Assembly (NCBI GenBank): GCA_014874485.1
Contig: JADBJK010000011.1
Coordinates: 144,328-208,327 of the forward strand
Length of the DNA: 64,000 nucleotides
Reading direction: 5' to 3'
DNA from: Chloroflexota bacterium
GTDB taxonomy: Bacteria; Chloroflexota; Anaerolineae; DTLA01
Shown here piece after piece: positions 27,909-38,485 of the stretch (the stretch's first letter is position 1; the number at the start of each line of letters is the position of its first letter). Position numbers and translations under genes: made by a program. A model generated the notes under the pieces. That model worked only from the letters and a program-made list of their open reading frames with translations. It was not told the DNA's origin and did not search any database.

Positions 27909-29222
27909 TTACTCCAGGATCGGGAACGTGATGCCGCCGTGGGGGAAGGCGCGGACGGCGGCCCGTCGTGGGAATCGGCGCTGGGCGTGGGCGATGGCCG
28001 CCTCGGGCGTGTCGGCGAACTCCACGAACGGCAGGTTCCCGCGCACTTCGGCGGGGATGGTCGGCGCGTAGATCACCAGCGTGGCGTGGCGCATCGCCTG
28101 GAGCGCGAAGTACAGGAAGAACCGGTCTTCCTCGCCCATGCCGCGCATCTTCATCTTCGGGATGGCCTTCAGGAGCAGCGGGGCCAGTACCCGCAGCGCC
28201 CCGCGTCCCAGGGGCAGTTTCCGATTCGCCAGGCCGAACACGCCCACGCCTTCATCCGCCTTGACCAGCGTGATGAGGACGCCGCCCCGCCGCACCGCGC
28301 GGATGGTATTCGCCAGCGCCTTCACGCCCTGGCGCAGGTCCTGGTTCATGGGGTTGGAGTCGGTGATGACCACATCGGCGGGAGCGGGCACGGCAACGCC
28401 GTACAGGGTCGCGCTGGTGCGGACGCCCTCCCGATGCGCCGCGATGGGATCGCCCGACACGACGCGCACCACCTGCTGGCGGCTGTCCAGCACGGCGTTG
28501 ACGATGAAGACCGGCGGCGTGAGCATGCGTCCGGCCTCCTCCAGGTCCAGGCGCATGGGGTTGCGGTCAATGGGCTGGCCCACCATGTTGAACGTGGCCG
28601 GCGCGCAGTTCAAGGCGTGGTTGTGGGCGATGGCCTCGCGGGACGCCACGCCCGGCAGGATGTTCTTGTACCCGCCGCCGAAACTGGCGATGATGTGCGG
28701 CTCAATGCAGCCGACGGACACGACCACGTCCGCCTCCGCCACGGTCTTGTGAATGCGGACGGGCGTGCCCCGCTGGGTCGTGCCCAGGAATGCGAGCCTG
28801 GCGGGGTCATCGCCGTCGGGGTTCTCCCAGCGTAGGCCGGCGAAGTTGTCCGGCCCCACGCGCGCGGCCAGTTCGTCCTCGTTCATCGGGCGGTGGACGC
28901 CAAGCGCAGGGACGAGGGTGATGTCCCCCCGCGCCACGCCCGCGGCCTCCAGTTCCGCCAGGACGCCGCCGACCAGAACCGACGCGGGCGTGGGGCGGCT
29001 GCCGTCGTCCACCACCAGGGCCACGCGCATGCCTGGGCGGGCGAGTTCCCGCAGGCGCGGCATTCCGAAGGGCTGCTGCAGGCTGCGACGGACTTCCTCG
29101 GCGGCGTCGGGCGCAGGGGGAAGCGAGGCGGGTTCGTGGATTCCGGCCACCGTCCAGGATTCGGGCAACCGAAGGGAGAGCGTCTCCCTTCCCCAGGGCA
29201 TGTCCAGGGTCTGACTCGCCAT
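27909..29222 (-). CDS. LarA-family (lactate racemase N-terminal domain / DUF2088) protein
   Basis: 437 aa with LarA-like topology ('...RVALVVDDGSRPTP...', 'GCIEPHIIASFGGGYKNILPGV'). ATG 29222 has RBS GGAGG. The ORF-track 5' extension reads through family B repeats. Confidence 0.65.
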   Translation of the reverse strand: MASQTLDMPWGRETLSLRLPESWTVAGIHEPASLPPAPDAAEEVRRSLQQPFGMPRLRELARPGMRVALVVDDGSRPTPASVLVGGVLAELEAAGVARGDITLVPALGVHRPMNEDELAARVGPDNFAGLRWENPDGDDPARLAFLGTTQRGTPVRIHKTVAEADVVVSVGCIEPHIIASFGGGYKNILPGVASREAIAHNHALNCAPATFNMVGQPIDRNPMRLDLEEAGRMLTPPVFIVNAVLDSRQQVVRVVSGDPIAAHREGVRTSATLYGVAVPAPADVVITDSNPMNQDLRQGVKALANTIRAVRRGGVLITLVKADEGVGVFGLANRKLPLGRGALRVLAPLLLKAIPKMKMRGMGEEDRFFLYFALQAMRHATLVIYAPTIPAEVRGNLPFVEFADTPEAAIAHAQRRFPRRAAVRAFPHGGITFPILE

Positions 29223-29224
29223 AG

Positions 29225-29440
29225 AACGCCTCCTTATTATGCATTCGGTTGTCGTCAACGAATTCACCGCGGAGACGCAAAGGACGCAGAGATTTGCTTG
29301 AATCCTCCGCGGTCTCTGCATTCTCTGCGGTGAGAATCCCTCCACCGCCCCATTCCCCGCAGCGACGCACAGGGCGCAGAGATTTGCTCTGAATCCTCCG
29401 CGGTCTCCGCGCTCTCTGCGGTAAAAACCCCTCCGTTACT
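29225..29440. repeat. Family B mini-repeats, two ~95-bp copies
   Basis: 'ccgcggagacgcaaaggacgcagagatttgc...ccgcggtctctgcattctctgcggtgagaatccc' and a second copy at 29351. Confidence 0.8.
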
Positions 29441-29477
29441 CAGAATGCGCTGCCATCAGCGAATGTCGGAGCCAACG

Positions 29478-30014
29478 CTAATACCAGACCTTGTCCAGGC
29501 GCACCAGGTCCTCGCCTGCAAAGGCGACGCCCTCCATCTCCAGGAGCGCGCGCTTCATGGCGAGGCCGCCGCGGTAGCCGCCCAAGTTGCCGTCGGAGCG
29601 GACGGCGCGGTGGCATGGGATGACGATGGGGAAGGGGTTGGTGGCCAGCGCCCTGCCGACCGCCCGCGCCGCCTGGGGCGCTCCCAGATGCTTGGCGATG
29701 CGCGCGTAGGTGCTCACCCAGCCGCGAGGGATGCCGAATTCGGCCAGCAGCACCTTGCGTTGAAACTCGCCGCACTGCTCCATCAACAACAGATCCAGGT
29801 CAAAAGCAACCGGTTCGCCGGCCAGATACGCCTCTATGCGGGCAGCCAGTTCCTTCAGGGGGGAAGGGGGAACGCGCTCCTCGCTCGGAAACCAGGAAGG
29901 TACCTCGTTGGGCAGGTAAATGTGGGCAACGCGAGGGCCTGCGGGCGTGTCCAGTGCGGACATGCCCAGCGCACCGAAGCGAGAGGGGATTCGGTAATGC
30001 AGGAGTTCTGCCAC
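29478..30014 (-). CDS. ogt: Methylated-DNA--protein-cysteine methyltransferase (O6-alkylguanine-DNA alkyltransferase)
   Basis: Active-site 'IPCHRAV' and 'GNLGGYRGGL'. GTG 30014 has RBS GGGAGGA. Confidence 0.8.
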   Translation of the reverse strand: MAELLHYRIPSRFGALGMSALDTPAGPRVAHIYLPNEVPSWFPSEERVPPSPLKELAARIEAYLAGEPVAFDLDLLLMEQCGEFQRKVLLAEFGIPRGWVSTYARIAKHLGAPQAARAVGRALATNPFPIVIPCHRAVRSDGNLGGYRGGLAMKRALLEMEGVAFAGEDLVRLDKVWY

Positions 30015-30115
30015 GCTTGCTCCTCCCACAAAACAGTGTACCGAAACCGCCGACGGGTGTCAAGCCTCGGCGCGGGGCTGCCTCGCGGGCTGGGGCGGCA
30101 AACGGGCCTGCGCCG

Positions 30116-33100
30116 CTACACCTTCGCCTCCACCTGGTCCAGGCGCAGGGATAGCACCCGCGACACGCTGTCGGCACCCATGGAGACGCCGTAGATGGTG
30201 CTGGCGGCCTCAATGGTCCCGCGGTTGTGGGTGATGACGATAAACTGCGTGTCGCGGGCCAGTTCCTCCAGCACGGCGCGGAACCGCCGAACGTTGGACT
30301 CGTCCAGCATGGCGTCCACCTCGTCCAGGATGCAGAACGGGGTGGGGCTGACCTTCAGGATGGCGAAGATGAGGGCCGCTGCCGTGAGGGCGCGTTCGCC
30401 ACCAGACAACAGCGCCAGGCTTTGGGTGCGCTTGCCTGGGGGCCGCGCCACGATGTCCACGCCCGACGCCATGGGGTTGTCGGGGTCGGTGAGCACCAGG
30501 CGGGCCGTGCCCCCGCCGAACAGTTGGGTGAAGTACACCGTGAACTGCTCGGCGACGGCCTCAAACGTGCGGACGAACTCATCGTTCATCATGCGGTCCA
30601 GTTCGGCGATGGCCGCCCGCAGGGATTTGTCCGCTTCCTGCAGGTCCTCGGACTGGGACGTGAGGAAGTTGTACCGCTCAAGAGTTTCGGCGTATTCGGT
30701 GGGGGCGGTGGGGTTGATGCCGCCGAGCCGCCGAATCTGCCCGCGCAGTTGCTGAATCTGCTCCTCCAGGCCATCGGGCAGGGTGTCCACTTCGGGCAGC
30801 GAACTCACGATGGGGCGGAGCGGCAGCGGGGGCTGGGCAGGCAGCCCCTCGGCGATTTCCACGTCAATGAGGCCCAGGTCGCTCTCCATCTGGCGCTTGA
30901 GGGCGGCCAGTTCGTCGCGGCGGCGTTCCATCTCCAGCAGCGCCTGGTTGTGGGCCTGTTCGGCTTCGCGCAGGGCGGCGCGTTCTTTCTGGATGCGCGC
31001 CTCCACATCCATCTGGGCGGCTTCCATCTCTTGCAGACGCGCCTCCGCAGGGCGGATGCGGGCCGCCACTTCCTCCAGTTGGGCCGCCAGCGCCTCGGAA
31101 CGGCTGCGGAGGTCGCGTTCGGCAGCCTCCAGTTCCTCGCGCTCGGACTGCAACGCCTGCATCCTGGCGCGGCGGCTCTCTATCTGCCCGTCCAGTTGCG
31201 CCAGCGATTGCTGGTGGCCGCGCACGATGGCCTTGTGGTTCTCCACGTTCTGCTCGGCCAGCGACACCGCAGCCTTGGCCTCGGCCAGCGGCACCGCCAA
31301 CGAGTCGGGCATGGCGTCCAGCGACGCCTGCAGTTGGGCCAGGCGTGCCTGGGCGTCGGCCTCGCGCTGGGCCAGTTGCGCCAGGTCGTCGCGGGCCTGG
31401 GCGTCCTTCTGCGCCAGGGCTTCCAGGTTCTGGTCCAGTTGGTGGATGAGGGCTTGCCGCCACTCGGTTTCCTGGGCCTTCTTGTCGGCCTGGCGCTGGA
31501 GCGCGGCGAGGGACGCGCGCAGTTGGGCCTCTTTCGCGGCCAGGGCGCTCATCTCCCGCTCGGCCTGGGCCAGTTCATCCCGTGCAGTCTGTTCCGCTTC
31601 AGCAGCGGAATGGAGGGCTGCCTGGAGCGCCTCGCGCCGCTGGGCCAGGTCGCGCAGGAGCGCCTCGTGCTCGGCCCGCTCGCGCTGGCGGGACAGCAGC
31701 CCAGGCGACTTGCGGGTTTCGGCCCCGCCCGTGATCGCGCCCGTGGAGCGGATGAGTTCGCCGTCCAGCGTTACAATCTGGAACGCGCCGCGCATCTGGC
31801 GATACAGTTCGCGGGCGGCCTTCATGTCCTTCGCCACGACCGTGTGGCCCAGGAGCAAATCCAGCACAGGGGCCAGGCGCTTGGGAGCCTGCACCAGGCG
31901 CGACGCAACGCCCAAAACGCCCTGCACATCTGGCGGGTTCACGGGCGAGGGCGGCCGCAGCGTCTCCAGGGGGAGGAACGTGGCGCGGCCCGCCGACTCG
32001 CGCCGCAGGTACTGGATGGCCTGCTCGGCGTCGGCCCAGGTCTCGGTGATGATGTCCTGGAGGTGCGCGCCCAGGGCCGTCTCCACGGCCTTCTCCAACT
32101 CGGGCGGCGTCTGAATCTGGTCAGCGACGACGCCGAGCGTGCCCCGCAGTCGGCCCTCGCGTGCGGCGGCCAGGACGGCCCTGGTGCCTGCGTACAGGCC
32201 CGTGCCCTCTTCCTGCATGCGGCGGAGCATGTCCAGTCGCGTCTGGACGGTGGCGGCCTCTTCGCGGACGCGGGACATCTCCTGCTCGGCCTGGCGCGCC
32301 TGGGCCTGGGCGGCCTGGATGCGCTGCCGCGCCTGGTCCAGGGCCTCGCGCAGTCGTGCGGCCTCGCGCTCGCACTCGGACAGCGACTGCTGAAGCGCCT
32401 GCTGCTGTGCGCGTAACTGGCTCAACTCGTCCCGCTGGGCGGCGATGGCCGATTCGTGCTGCGCCTTCTCGGCGAGTTGCTCTTTGCGCCGCTCGGCGAG
32501 TTGGGCGAGGCGGTTGCGGCGGTCGGCGGCCTGGGTCGCAATTTCAAACAGTTCGTTCTGCAGTGCCGTAATGCGGGACAGGATTTCCTGCCGCGCGCGC
32601 TGCTGGGACTGGTATTCCGCCTCCACCTGGCGCAGGCCAGCGATGGCCTGTTCCCACTGGGCCACGAGGCCCTGAAGGTGCGACTCTGCCGCCTGGAGGC
32701 GCTCGGCCTGGGCCGCCCGACTGGCCTTCAGAGGCTCCATCTCCTCTTGCGCTTCGGCGAGGAGACGCCCCACGAGGCGCAGGCGCTCCTGGCGCACGGC
32801 CCAGTCCCGCTGGACGGTCTCGGCGCGGGTGTGGAGGTCGGCGCTTTCCCGATGCCATTCGGCCAGTTGCTGGCGCAGGGTGTTCTGCTCGGCGCGGGCG
32901 GATGCGGCCTGCGATTCCAGGCGTTCCAGCCGCGCCTGCGCCTGCTGGAGTTGCTGGCGTGCCTGGTTCAGCGCCTCGCGGGCCTGCTGCAGGGCGCGGC
33001 TTCCCTTCCGCCAGCGGTAGCCGTACCAGACGCGCAGCAGGTCTTCCAGTTCGCGGTTCAGCGCATGGTACACCTCGGCCTGCTGGGCCTGGCGGCGCAA

Positions 33101-33712
33101 CGTCTTCAGGCGCGGCTCAATTTCGGCCAGGATGTCGCGCACGCGCACCAGGTTCTGCTCGGTGGCCTCCAGTTTGGCGAGGGACGCATCGCGCTTGGAC
33201 TGGTACAGCGTGATGTTGGCCGCCTCCTCAAACAGCGTCCGCCGCTCTTCGGGGCGGAGCGAGAGGGCCGCGTCTATGTGCCCCTGGCCGATGACGATGG
33301 AGTTGCGCTTGGTCAGGCCGCTCTTGGCGAGGAGTTCCGTTACGTCGCGCAGGCGCACGCGGCTGCCGTTGATGGTGTACTCGTTCTCGCCCGAGCGATA
33401 GGCGCGGTGGGTGATGGTAACTTCGGCGAAGTCCAGGGGAAGCCAGCCGTCGGAGTTATCCAGCGTGATGCTGACCTGGGCCATGCCCACGCGGGCGCGC
33501 TGGGAACTCCCGTGGAAGATCATGTCCTCGGTGCGCTTGGCGCGGAGGAGGCGATAGGACTGCTCGCCGAGAACCCAGCGCACGGCGTCGGCGATGTTGC
33601 TCTTGCCGCTGCCGTTGGGGCCGACGATGGCCGTGATGCCATCGTTGAAGACGAACTCGGTCTTGGTCGCGAATGTCTTGTATCCCTGGAGTTCCAGTCG
33701 TTTGAGACGCAA
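30116..33712 (-). CDS. smc: Chromosome segregation protein SMC
   Basis: N-terminus '(M)[13 protein letters not shown]...[10 protein letters not shown]' is a Walker A, followed by a long coiled coil, hinge and C-terminal 'LSGGE' signature. The start is assigned to TTG 33712 (RBS GGAGGG) by N-terminal homology and promoter position. The ORF-track GTG at 33817 lacks an RBS. Confidence 0.9.
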   Translation of the reverse strand: MRLKRLELQGYKTFATKTEFVFNDGITAIVGPNGSGKSNIADAVRWVLGEQSYRLLRAKRTEDMIFHGSSQRARVGMAQVSITLDNSDGWLPLDFAEVTITHRAYRSGENEYTINGSRVRLRDVTELLAKSGLTKRNSIVIGQGHIDAALSLRPEERRTLFEEAANITLYQSKRDASLAKLEATEQNLVRVRDILAEIEPRLKTLRRQAQQAEVYHALNRELEDLLRVWYGYRWRKGSRALQQAREALNQARQQLQQAQARLERLESQAASARAEQNTLRQQLAEWHRESADLHTRAETVQRDWAVRQERLRLVGRLLAEAQEEMEPLKASRAAQAERLQAAESHLQGLVAQWEQAIAGLRQVEAEYQSQQRARQEILSRITALQNELFEIATQAADRRNRLAQLAERRKEQLAEKAQHESAIAAQRDELSQLRAQQQALQQSLSECEREAARLREALDQARQRIQAAQAQARQAEQEMSRVREEAATVQTRLDMLRRMQEEGTGLYAGTRAVLAAAREGRLRGTLGVVADQIQTPPELEKAVETALGAHLQDIITETWADAEQAIQYLRRESAGRATFLPLETLRPPSPVNPPDVQGVLGVASRLVQAPKRLAPVLDLLLGHTVVAKDMKAARELYRQMRGAFQIVTLDGELIRSTGAITGGAETRKSPGLLSRQRERAEHEALLRDLAQRREALQAALHSAAEAEQTARDELAQAEREMSALAAKEAQLRASLAALQRQADKKAQETEWRQALIHQLDQNLEALAQKDAQARDDLAQLAQREADAQARLAQLQASLDAMPDSLAVPLAEAKAAVSLAEQNVENHKAIVRGHQQSLAQLDGQIESRRARMQALQSEREELEAAERDLRSRSEALAAQLEEVAARIRPAEARLQEMEAAQMDVEARIQKERAALREAEQAHNQALLEMERRRDELAALKRQMESDLGLIDVEIAEGLPAQPPLPLRPIVSSLPEVDTLPDGLEEQIQQLRGQIRRLGGINPTAPTEYAETLERYNFLTSQSEDLQEADKSLRAAIAELDRMMNDEFVRTFEAVAEQFTVYFTQLFGGGTARLVLTDPDNPMASGVDIVARPPGKRTQSLALLSGGERALTAAALIFAILKVSPTPFCILDEVDAMLDESNVRRFRAVLEELARDTQFIVITHNRGTIEAASTIYGVSMGADSVSRVLSLRLDQVEAKV

Positions 33713-33833
33713 TCTGCCCTCCGCAAATGCCAGGCGGGTTGTCTGGGACGCGCTCACCAGGCGACGGACGAGGCGAAATGGCGTTCCCGAAGCCCATCGC
33801 GCAACGTGAGGAGGCACTTACCCATCGTGTGCA

Positions 33834-33862
33834 AGTATACGTGCGCGGGGGTCGGTTGTCAA
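33834..33862 (-). promoter_or_regulatory. Sigma70-like promoter for smc (TTGACA-17-TATACT on the minus strand)
   Basis: Reverse-complement of 33834-33862 reads 'ttgacaaccgacccccgcgcacgtatact'. Confidence 0.5.
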
Positions 33863-33870
33863 CGCGGACT

Positions 33871-33938
33871 ACACCATGGGGGCATTTCGGTCTTGGGCGA
33901 GAATGACCGAACGCCGTTGGGTTGGCGGCGAATCTGCC
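33871..33938 (+). other. Conserved ~60-nt element E (copy 1), immediately upstream of the smc promoter
   Basis: 'gcatttcggtcttgggcgagaatgaccgaacgccgttgggttggcggcgaatctgcctcgcc' is ~80% identical to 49603-49676. Confidence 0.5.
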
Positions 33939-34012
33939 TCGCCAACCCCGCGGCGCAGTCGGGAACGGGGCGCGCAGGACAAGCGCCCCACCGTGCAACC
34001 CGCGGTGCCCGA

Positions 34013-35011
34013 TCAGGGGCGCTTGGCCTGTGAGCCCGCTACCTTGCGCTCGCAGCCGCTCAGCAGCCACTCCAGCGCATCGGGGGTGCCGACCCACGCT
34101 TCCCAGGCCATATACAGATACTCCATTGCCTCGGTTTCGCCGCCGGACGCTATCAGAATCGGAAGGCGCTTGGGCGGCCGCTTCAGCCCGAACAAGTACA
34201 ACGGTACATAGGGGTTTGCCTCCAGCGCCTTGTCCAGGGCGCGGTAGGCCCTGGGCGTGGCGCCAGATTTGCGGAACAGAAGAAGCGCACGATGGTAGGC
34301 CCAGTAAGCCGACTCGTCTTCGGGATACTGATCCAGCAACTTCTCCGCCGCCGCGTCATCCCCCGTCGCCAACAGCCAGGCGACGAGATTGTAGCGGAGT
34401 CCCAGATGGTCGCCGGGATTCAAGCGGAGCAAGTCCCGAAGATGATCTATGGCTTCCTGCCGCTTCCCCATCACCCACAAGGTCTCGGCGAGGCCAGAGC
34501 GCGCCCGCATGTAGGGGCGGGTCTCCAAAATCTCCCAGAAATGCCCTACTTCCTCCTGGAACATGCTGCCTCCAAGTGCCCGTTCCCCGGCCCTCACTCC
34601 TTGCTCAAACAGGTCATGGGCTTCCTGTAGGCTGCGCGAGGTCTCCTCCGCGAGGAGCACATAGGCATCGGCGCAGTCGGGCGAGATTTCCAGGGCCTCG
34701 CGCGCCAGTCTGGCACGCTTGGGACCCTGTGCGGCCCATGCGTCGTACATGACATCCTGCGCCTGCTCCAGCGGTGTTCGCGGGGGAACGTAGGGAAAGC
34801 CCCCATGTGCCATGAGTTCCTCAACGATATCCTGCGCTTCCTCCATGGTCGCGGGCGCCCTTTCCTCCAGTGCGCGGGTGATGTGCACCAGGGTCCGCTC
34901 TGCAGCGCGCGGATCAATTACCGAATCGGAATCGCGGCGCGCGGATGTCTTAGGTTTCTCCTTCTTTGATGCCAGTTGCGGCCGTGCCCTCTTTTTCCGT
35001 GGTTCGCTCAT
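34013..35011 (-). CDS. TPR-like helical-repeat protein with basic N-terminal tail
   Basis: Lys/Arg-rich N-terminus then helical repeats. Strong RBS GGAGGTGAGGAGG. Function not recognisable. Confidence 0.5.
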   Translation of the reverse strand: MSEPRKKRARPQLASKKEKPKTSARRDSDSVIDPRAAERTLVHITRALEERAPATMEEAQDIVEELMAHGGFPYVPPRTPLEQAQDVMYDAWAAQGPKRARLAREALEISPDCADAYVLLAEETSRSLQEAHDLFEQGVRAGERALGGSMFQEEVGHFWEILETRPYMRARSGLAETLWVMGKRQEAIDHLRDLLRLNPGDHLGLRYNLVAWLLATGDDAAAEKLLDQYPEDESAYWAYHRALLLFRKSGATPRAYRALDKALEANPYVPLYLFGLKRPPKRLPILIASGGETEAMEYLYMAWEAWVGTPDALEWLLSGCERKVAGSQAKRP

Positions 35012-35067
35012 CTCTTACCTCCTCACCTCCTTGAAACCTTTGACCTCACCTTCGTCCTACCCGTGCC

Positions 35068-35880
35068 CTACACCGTGCCGGCGAGGGCCACCATCGCCCG
35101 GAAGGTCCGGTAGGCCGACTCCATGTCCGGGGCGGCGAATTCCAGCGTCAGCCCGTCCACGCGGCGGCTCCCGGGAATCAGCGCGGCCATGTCGGCCTGG
35201 GCGGGGCGCTGAAACACGGCGCGCACCTCCACGGGCGTCGCCACGACGAACGGCTGCACGCGCTTGCGGACGGCGCGCTGGGCGGCCTCGCGTATCCGCC
35301 GGTGCGCCACCTCGGGGTGCAAACAGCGCGCCGCCTTCCAGCCCACGCCCTCCTTGACGGCGACCGTTTCCACGTCGCCCAGCAGGGCGCGGGCCTCGTC
35401 GGTTACGGCGCGGTCTCCGGTTACCAGCACCACCGGCACGCCGTAGGCTCCGGCCACCGCTGCGTTCAGCCCGGTCTCGCCCACGGCCTGCCCGTTCAGG
35501 CGCACCTCGGTAACGATGCTGCCCGCGTAGGTGTGGGCCAGCACGCCCCCGCCCGTACCCATGCGCGAGTGGTAGCCCACGAAGAAGACCGCGTCCACGT
35601 CCGGGCCGATGCCCTCCATCATGCTCAGGGGCTTGGGGCTTCCGGAGATGAGTTCGGCGGCTGGGTTCAGTTCCTCCAGCAGGATGTTGGCCATCCCACC
35701 GTGGCTATCGTTGACCACGACGCGGGTGGCTCCGCCTGCCAGCGCGCCCTCAATGGCGGCGTTGGCCTCGGCGGTCATCAGTTTGCGGAAGCGGTCATAC
35801 TCCTTGTGGCTGGCGGTAACGTGGTCGGTGGTAACCACGCCCGAAATGCCCTCCATGTCCACAGAAATCAAAATGTGCAT
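35068..35880 (-). CDS. dppA: D-aminopeptidase DppA (peptidase M55 family)
   Basis: 'MHILISVDMEGISGVV...VNDSHGGM' is the M55 signature. RBS GGAGA. Confidence 0.85.
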   Translation of the reverse strand: MHILISVDMEGISGVVTTDHVTASHKEYDRFRKLMTAEANAAIEGALAGGATRVVVNDSHGGMANILLEELNPAAELISGSPKPLSMMEGIGPDVDAVFFVGYHSRMGTGGGVLAHTYAGSIVTEVRLNGQAVGETGLNAAVAGAYGVPVVLVTGDRAVTDEARALLGDVETVAVKEGVGWKAARCLHPEVAHRRIREAAQRAVRKRVQPFVVATPVEVRAVFQRPAQADMAALIPGSRRVDGLTLEFAAPDMESAYRTFRAMVALAGTV

Positions 35881-35894
35881 CGTAGCATCTCCTC

Positions 35895-36010
35895 AATGCG
35901 GATGTCCTGTCATTGCGAGGAGCACAGCGACGAAGCAATATCGGTAGACCGTTATTCTGGAGCGCGGGGCGCTGAAGAATCTCGTCAACCGAGAGGCTTC
36001 GCTTCGCTCG
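35895..36010. repeat. Family A repeat, single copy
   Basis: 'gtcattgcgaggagcacagcgacgaagcaat...gaagaatctcgtcaaccgagaggcttcgcttcgctcgcaat'. Confidence 0.75.
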
Positions 36011-36151
36011 CAATAAGATTACGGACAATTCCCCCTGCGGTCAAATACACCGCTGCCATTCGGTTGCGATGCGCCTCGCAGGTGCGTCGCAATTGGATAC
36101 CCTGCCTCTGACAGTGCCCATCCAACGTCGGAGCAAGGCTCTGCGGCCCGC

Positions 36152-36652
36152 CTACGCCGTCGGCCCATCGGCGGGGCCTTCGGTAGTGGGCTTGGCCGTG
36201 AGGACTTTGCCCTCCGGCGTTACCACGTGGACTTCTGCGCCGGTGCCTTTGGCCACCGACTCGGCGAAGTGGAGCACCTCTTCGGGCGTGAACACGCGAT
36301 GGCGGGTTGGCGGCCCCGACGCGCCCAGCACCAGTGTGCTCGCGTGCGTCTGCACCAGGTAGTCGTGGATCGTCTCGCGCACGCGGCCGCACAGAACGAC
36401 GGGTTGCGCGTTGATTCCTCGGCGAGCGGCCCGCCTTTGGGCAACGGAAAGGAGGGATTGTCCCAGGCGCACCAACTCATCCCGCACGGCGTCCAGCAGG
36501 GGGGCCTTCAGGGAGCCCGCGAACTCGCAGTCGGCGACGTACAGGAAGACAAGCGCGGCCCCTCGCTCCTTTGCCAGTGCGATGGCATGTTCCTGCGTGC
36601 TTCGGCTCGCCTCACCGCCTCGGGTGGCACAGACAATCGGCCCAGGGTTCAT
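36152..36652 (-). CDS. Universal stress protein (UspA family)
   Basis: 'ALVFLYV...' and 'STLVLGASG' (ATP-binding G-x2-G-x9-G(S/T)). Start overlaps the antiporter stop (ATGA). Confidence 0.8.
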   Translation of the reverse strand: MNPGPIVCATRGGEASRSTQEHAIALAKERGAALVFLYVADCEFAGSLKAPLLDAVRDELVRLGQSLLSVAQRRAARRGINAQPVVLCGRVRETIHDYLVQTHASTLVLGASGPPTRHRVFTPEEVLHFAESVAKGTGAEVHVVTPEGKVLTAKPTTEGPADGPTA

Positions 36653-38220
36653 GACTCCTCCGCACCGCGCTCGTGCTCTTGAATCAGGCGGACCGCTTCC
36701 AGATGGTAATCCGCATCCCTCCGCAACTCATCGTACGTTGGCTCGGAGATGAGACCGCGCCTAAGGGCATCCTCCAGTGCCGCCCTCTCGGCCAGCAGGA
36801 TTTCCCGACGAGTCTGAAGTAGCATATCCCGCTCCAACTCCGCATGGGTGCGAAACAGGCGGCCTATCTCGCTCATGATCTGTTCTTTCTGCGCGCGGAA
36901 ATTGGATTGGAGGCCAGACCACATGTCCTCGGACAGAAGCCCTTCCTCCCGCAGTTGTGCCAGCCGCCTGAGGCCCGCCTGCAGGGCGAAGGACTGACCG
37001 ACGCGCCGCTCAAATTCCAGTTGGTGCTCGGACCTGTCGGTGATGCCCAGTGCCCGGATGAGGAACTGGATGGTCGTGCCCTGGGCCAGGAGCGTGAACA
37101 ACAGGACGCCGAAGGTCATCACCTGGAGCGTGCCGCGCGCGGCCAGGGTCAGGGGCAGGCTCAACGCCAGCGCAAGGCTGATGGCCCCCCTCAGCCCGCC
37201 CCAGAACAGGATGTGTCGCCACTGGAACGGGATGCGCGTGCCTCTGGACGCCACATCCGCCAGCCAGGAAAGCCCGTACACCACGACGGCCCGACTCAAC
37301 AGGACTGCTGCCACGGCAACGGCGATTGGCCTCGCGTTCGCCACAAGTTCGGAGATGTGGACGTTCAGCCCGATGAGCAGGAAGACGAGCGAGTTGGACA
37401 GAAACGCCAGGAACTCCCACAGGCTGAACAGCATGATGCGCGTGGTCGGCGACGCGCCCCGCAGGCCGACGTTGCCGCTGTACATCCCCGCCGCGACGAC
37501 TGCCAGCACGCCGCTCACCTGCAGCCGCTCCGCCGCCAGGTAGGCCCCGTAAGCCAGCAGGGCCGTTAGGGTGGTCTCTATGAGGCGGTCATCTATCCGC
37601 GCCATCAATTGCGCGACGAGCCAGCCCAGGGCAAACCCGATGGCCAGCCCCCCGATGGCAACCTCAAGGAATCGGAACACGCTTTCTACAAGTCGGAACT
37701 CACCCGAGACTGCGGCAAGCAGGGCAATCTGAAACACAACGATGGCCGTCCCGTCGTTGAACAGGCTTTCGCCCTCCACGGCCACGCCCAGGCGCTCGGG
37801 CACTCCCAGAGCGCGGAACAACGACACAACGGCAACAGGGTCGGTGGCGGAGATGAGCGCGCCGAAGACGACCGCAGGCCCCACGGGAAGGCCCGCGCCC
37901 AGCGCCACCACGCCCCCCACGAGGACGGCCGTAACGATCACCCCCGGGACGGCCAGGAATACGATGCTCGCCAGGCTGCTGCGCAGCATGCGAAAATCCA
38001 GGCGAAACGCGGCCTCAAATACCAGCGGCGGCACAAAGATGGCGAGAATCAACTCCGGCGTTACTTCTGCCCTCACGGGCCGCCAGGCGGCGATGAGCAG
38101 GCCCACCAGCACCAGGCTCACCGTGTAGGGCAGCCGCACGCGACGGATCATGATGGCAACCACCGTCGCCACCAGCATCAGGACAACGATGATGATCTCT
38201 GCGGAGATGAGTGAACTCAT
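36649..38220 (-). CDS. Na+/H+ (cation:proton) antiporter, CPA1/NhaP type, with C-terminal cytoplasmic regulatory domain
   Basis: 12-13 TM helices, a 'FNDGTAIVVF' motif and a C-terminal soluble ~150 aa. Confidence 0.85.
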   Translation of the reverse strand: MSSLISAEIIIVVLMLVATVVAIMIRRVRLPYTVSLVLVGLLIAAWRPVRAEVTPELILAIFVPPLVFEAAFRLDFRMLRSSLASIVFLAVPGVIVTAVLVGGVVALGAGLPVGPAVVFGALISATDPVAVVSLFRALGVPERLGVAVEGESLFNDGTAIVVFQIALLAAVSGEFRLVESVFRFLEVAIGGLAIGFALGWLVAQLMARIDDRLIETTLTALLAYGAYLAAERLQVSGVLAVVAAGMYSGNVGLRGASPTTRIMLFSLWEFLAFLSNSLVFLLIGLNVHISELVANARPIAVAVAAVLLSRAVVVYGLSWLADVASRGTRIPFQWRHILFWGGLRGAISLALALSLPLTLAARGTLQVMTFGVLLFTLLAQGTTIQFLIRALGITDRSEHQLEFERRVGQSFALQAGLRRLAQLREEGLLSEDMWSGLQSNFRAQKEQIMSEIGRLFRTHAELERDMLLQTRREILLAERAALEDALRRGLISEPTYDELRRDADYHLEAVRLIQEHERGAEES

Positions 38221-38485
38221 GGGGCCGCATCCATCCTTCAGGTGATGAGGTTATACTACCCGATGCCCGCGCCGTCAAGCGGAGAACAGCGGTTGGGGGA
38301 ATGTCCCGCTTCTCCCCAACCCCCTCGGTAGTTCCCCACACGGCGCATGAGGGCTTCCCCCCATCGCACGATGGACACAAGACCCGATAGCCTTCCGCAA
38401 ACGGATGCCGTATGCTTTAGGTGGAAGAACGGAGAGGCGTCGGCAGTTCGGCGCCCACATGGAACCGTGAACGAGGAGGTCGGCG

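Noticed and set aside
27348-28835. 495-aa ORF 27348..28835 (+) spanning the ThDP-enzyme and larA-like genes on the opposite strand
   Set aside because: The antisense frame crosses an intergenic repeat. Its composition is non-protein-like.
30227-32416. 729-aa ORF 30227..32416 (+) and 443-aa ORF 30783..32114 (+) antisense to smc
   Set aside because: These are antisense to the smc coiled-coil region (Ala/Leu/Gln/Arg codons read backwards). They have no RBS, and smc is unambiguous.
33876-34752. ORFs 33876..34211 and 33922..34752 (+) over element E and the TPR gene
   Set aside because: No RBS, Arg/Pro-rich, and antisense to a well-supported TPR ORF with an exceptionally strong RBS.
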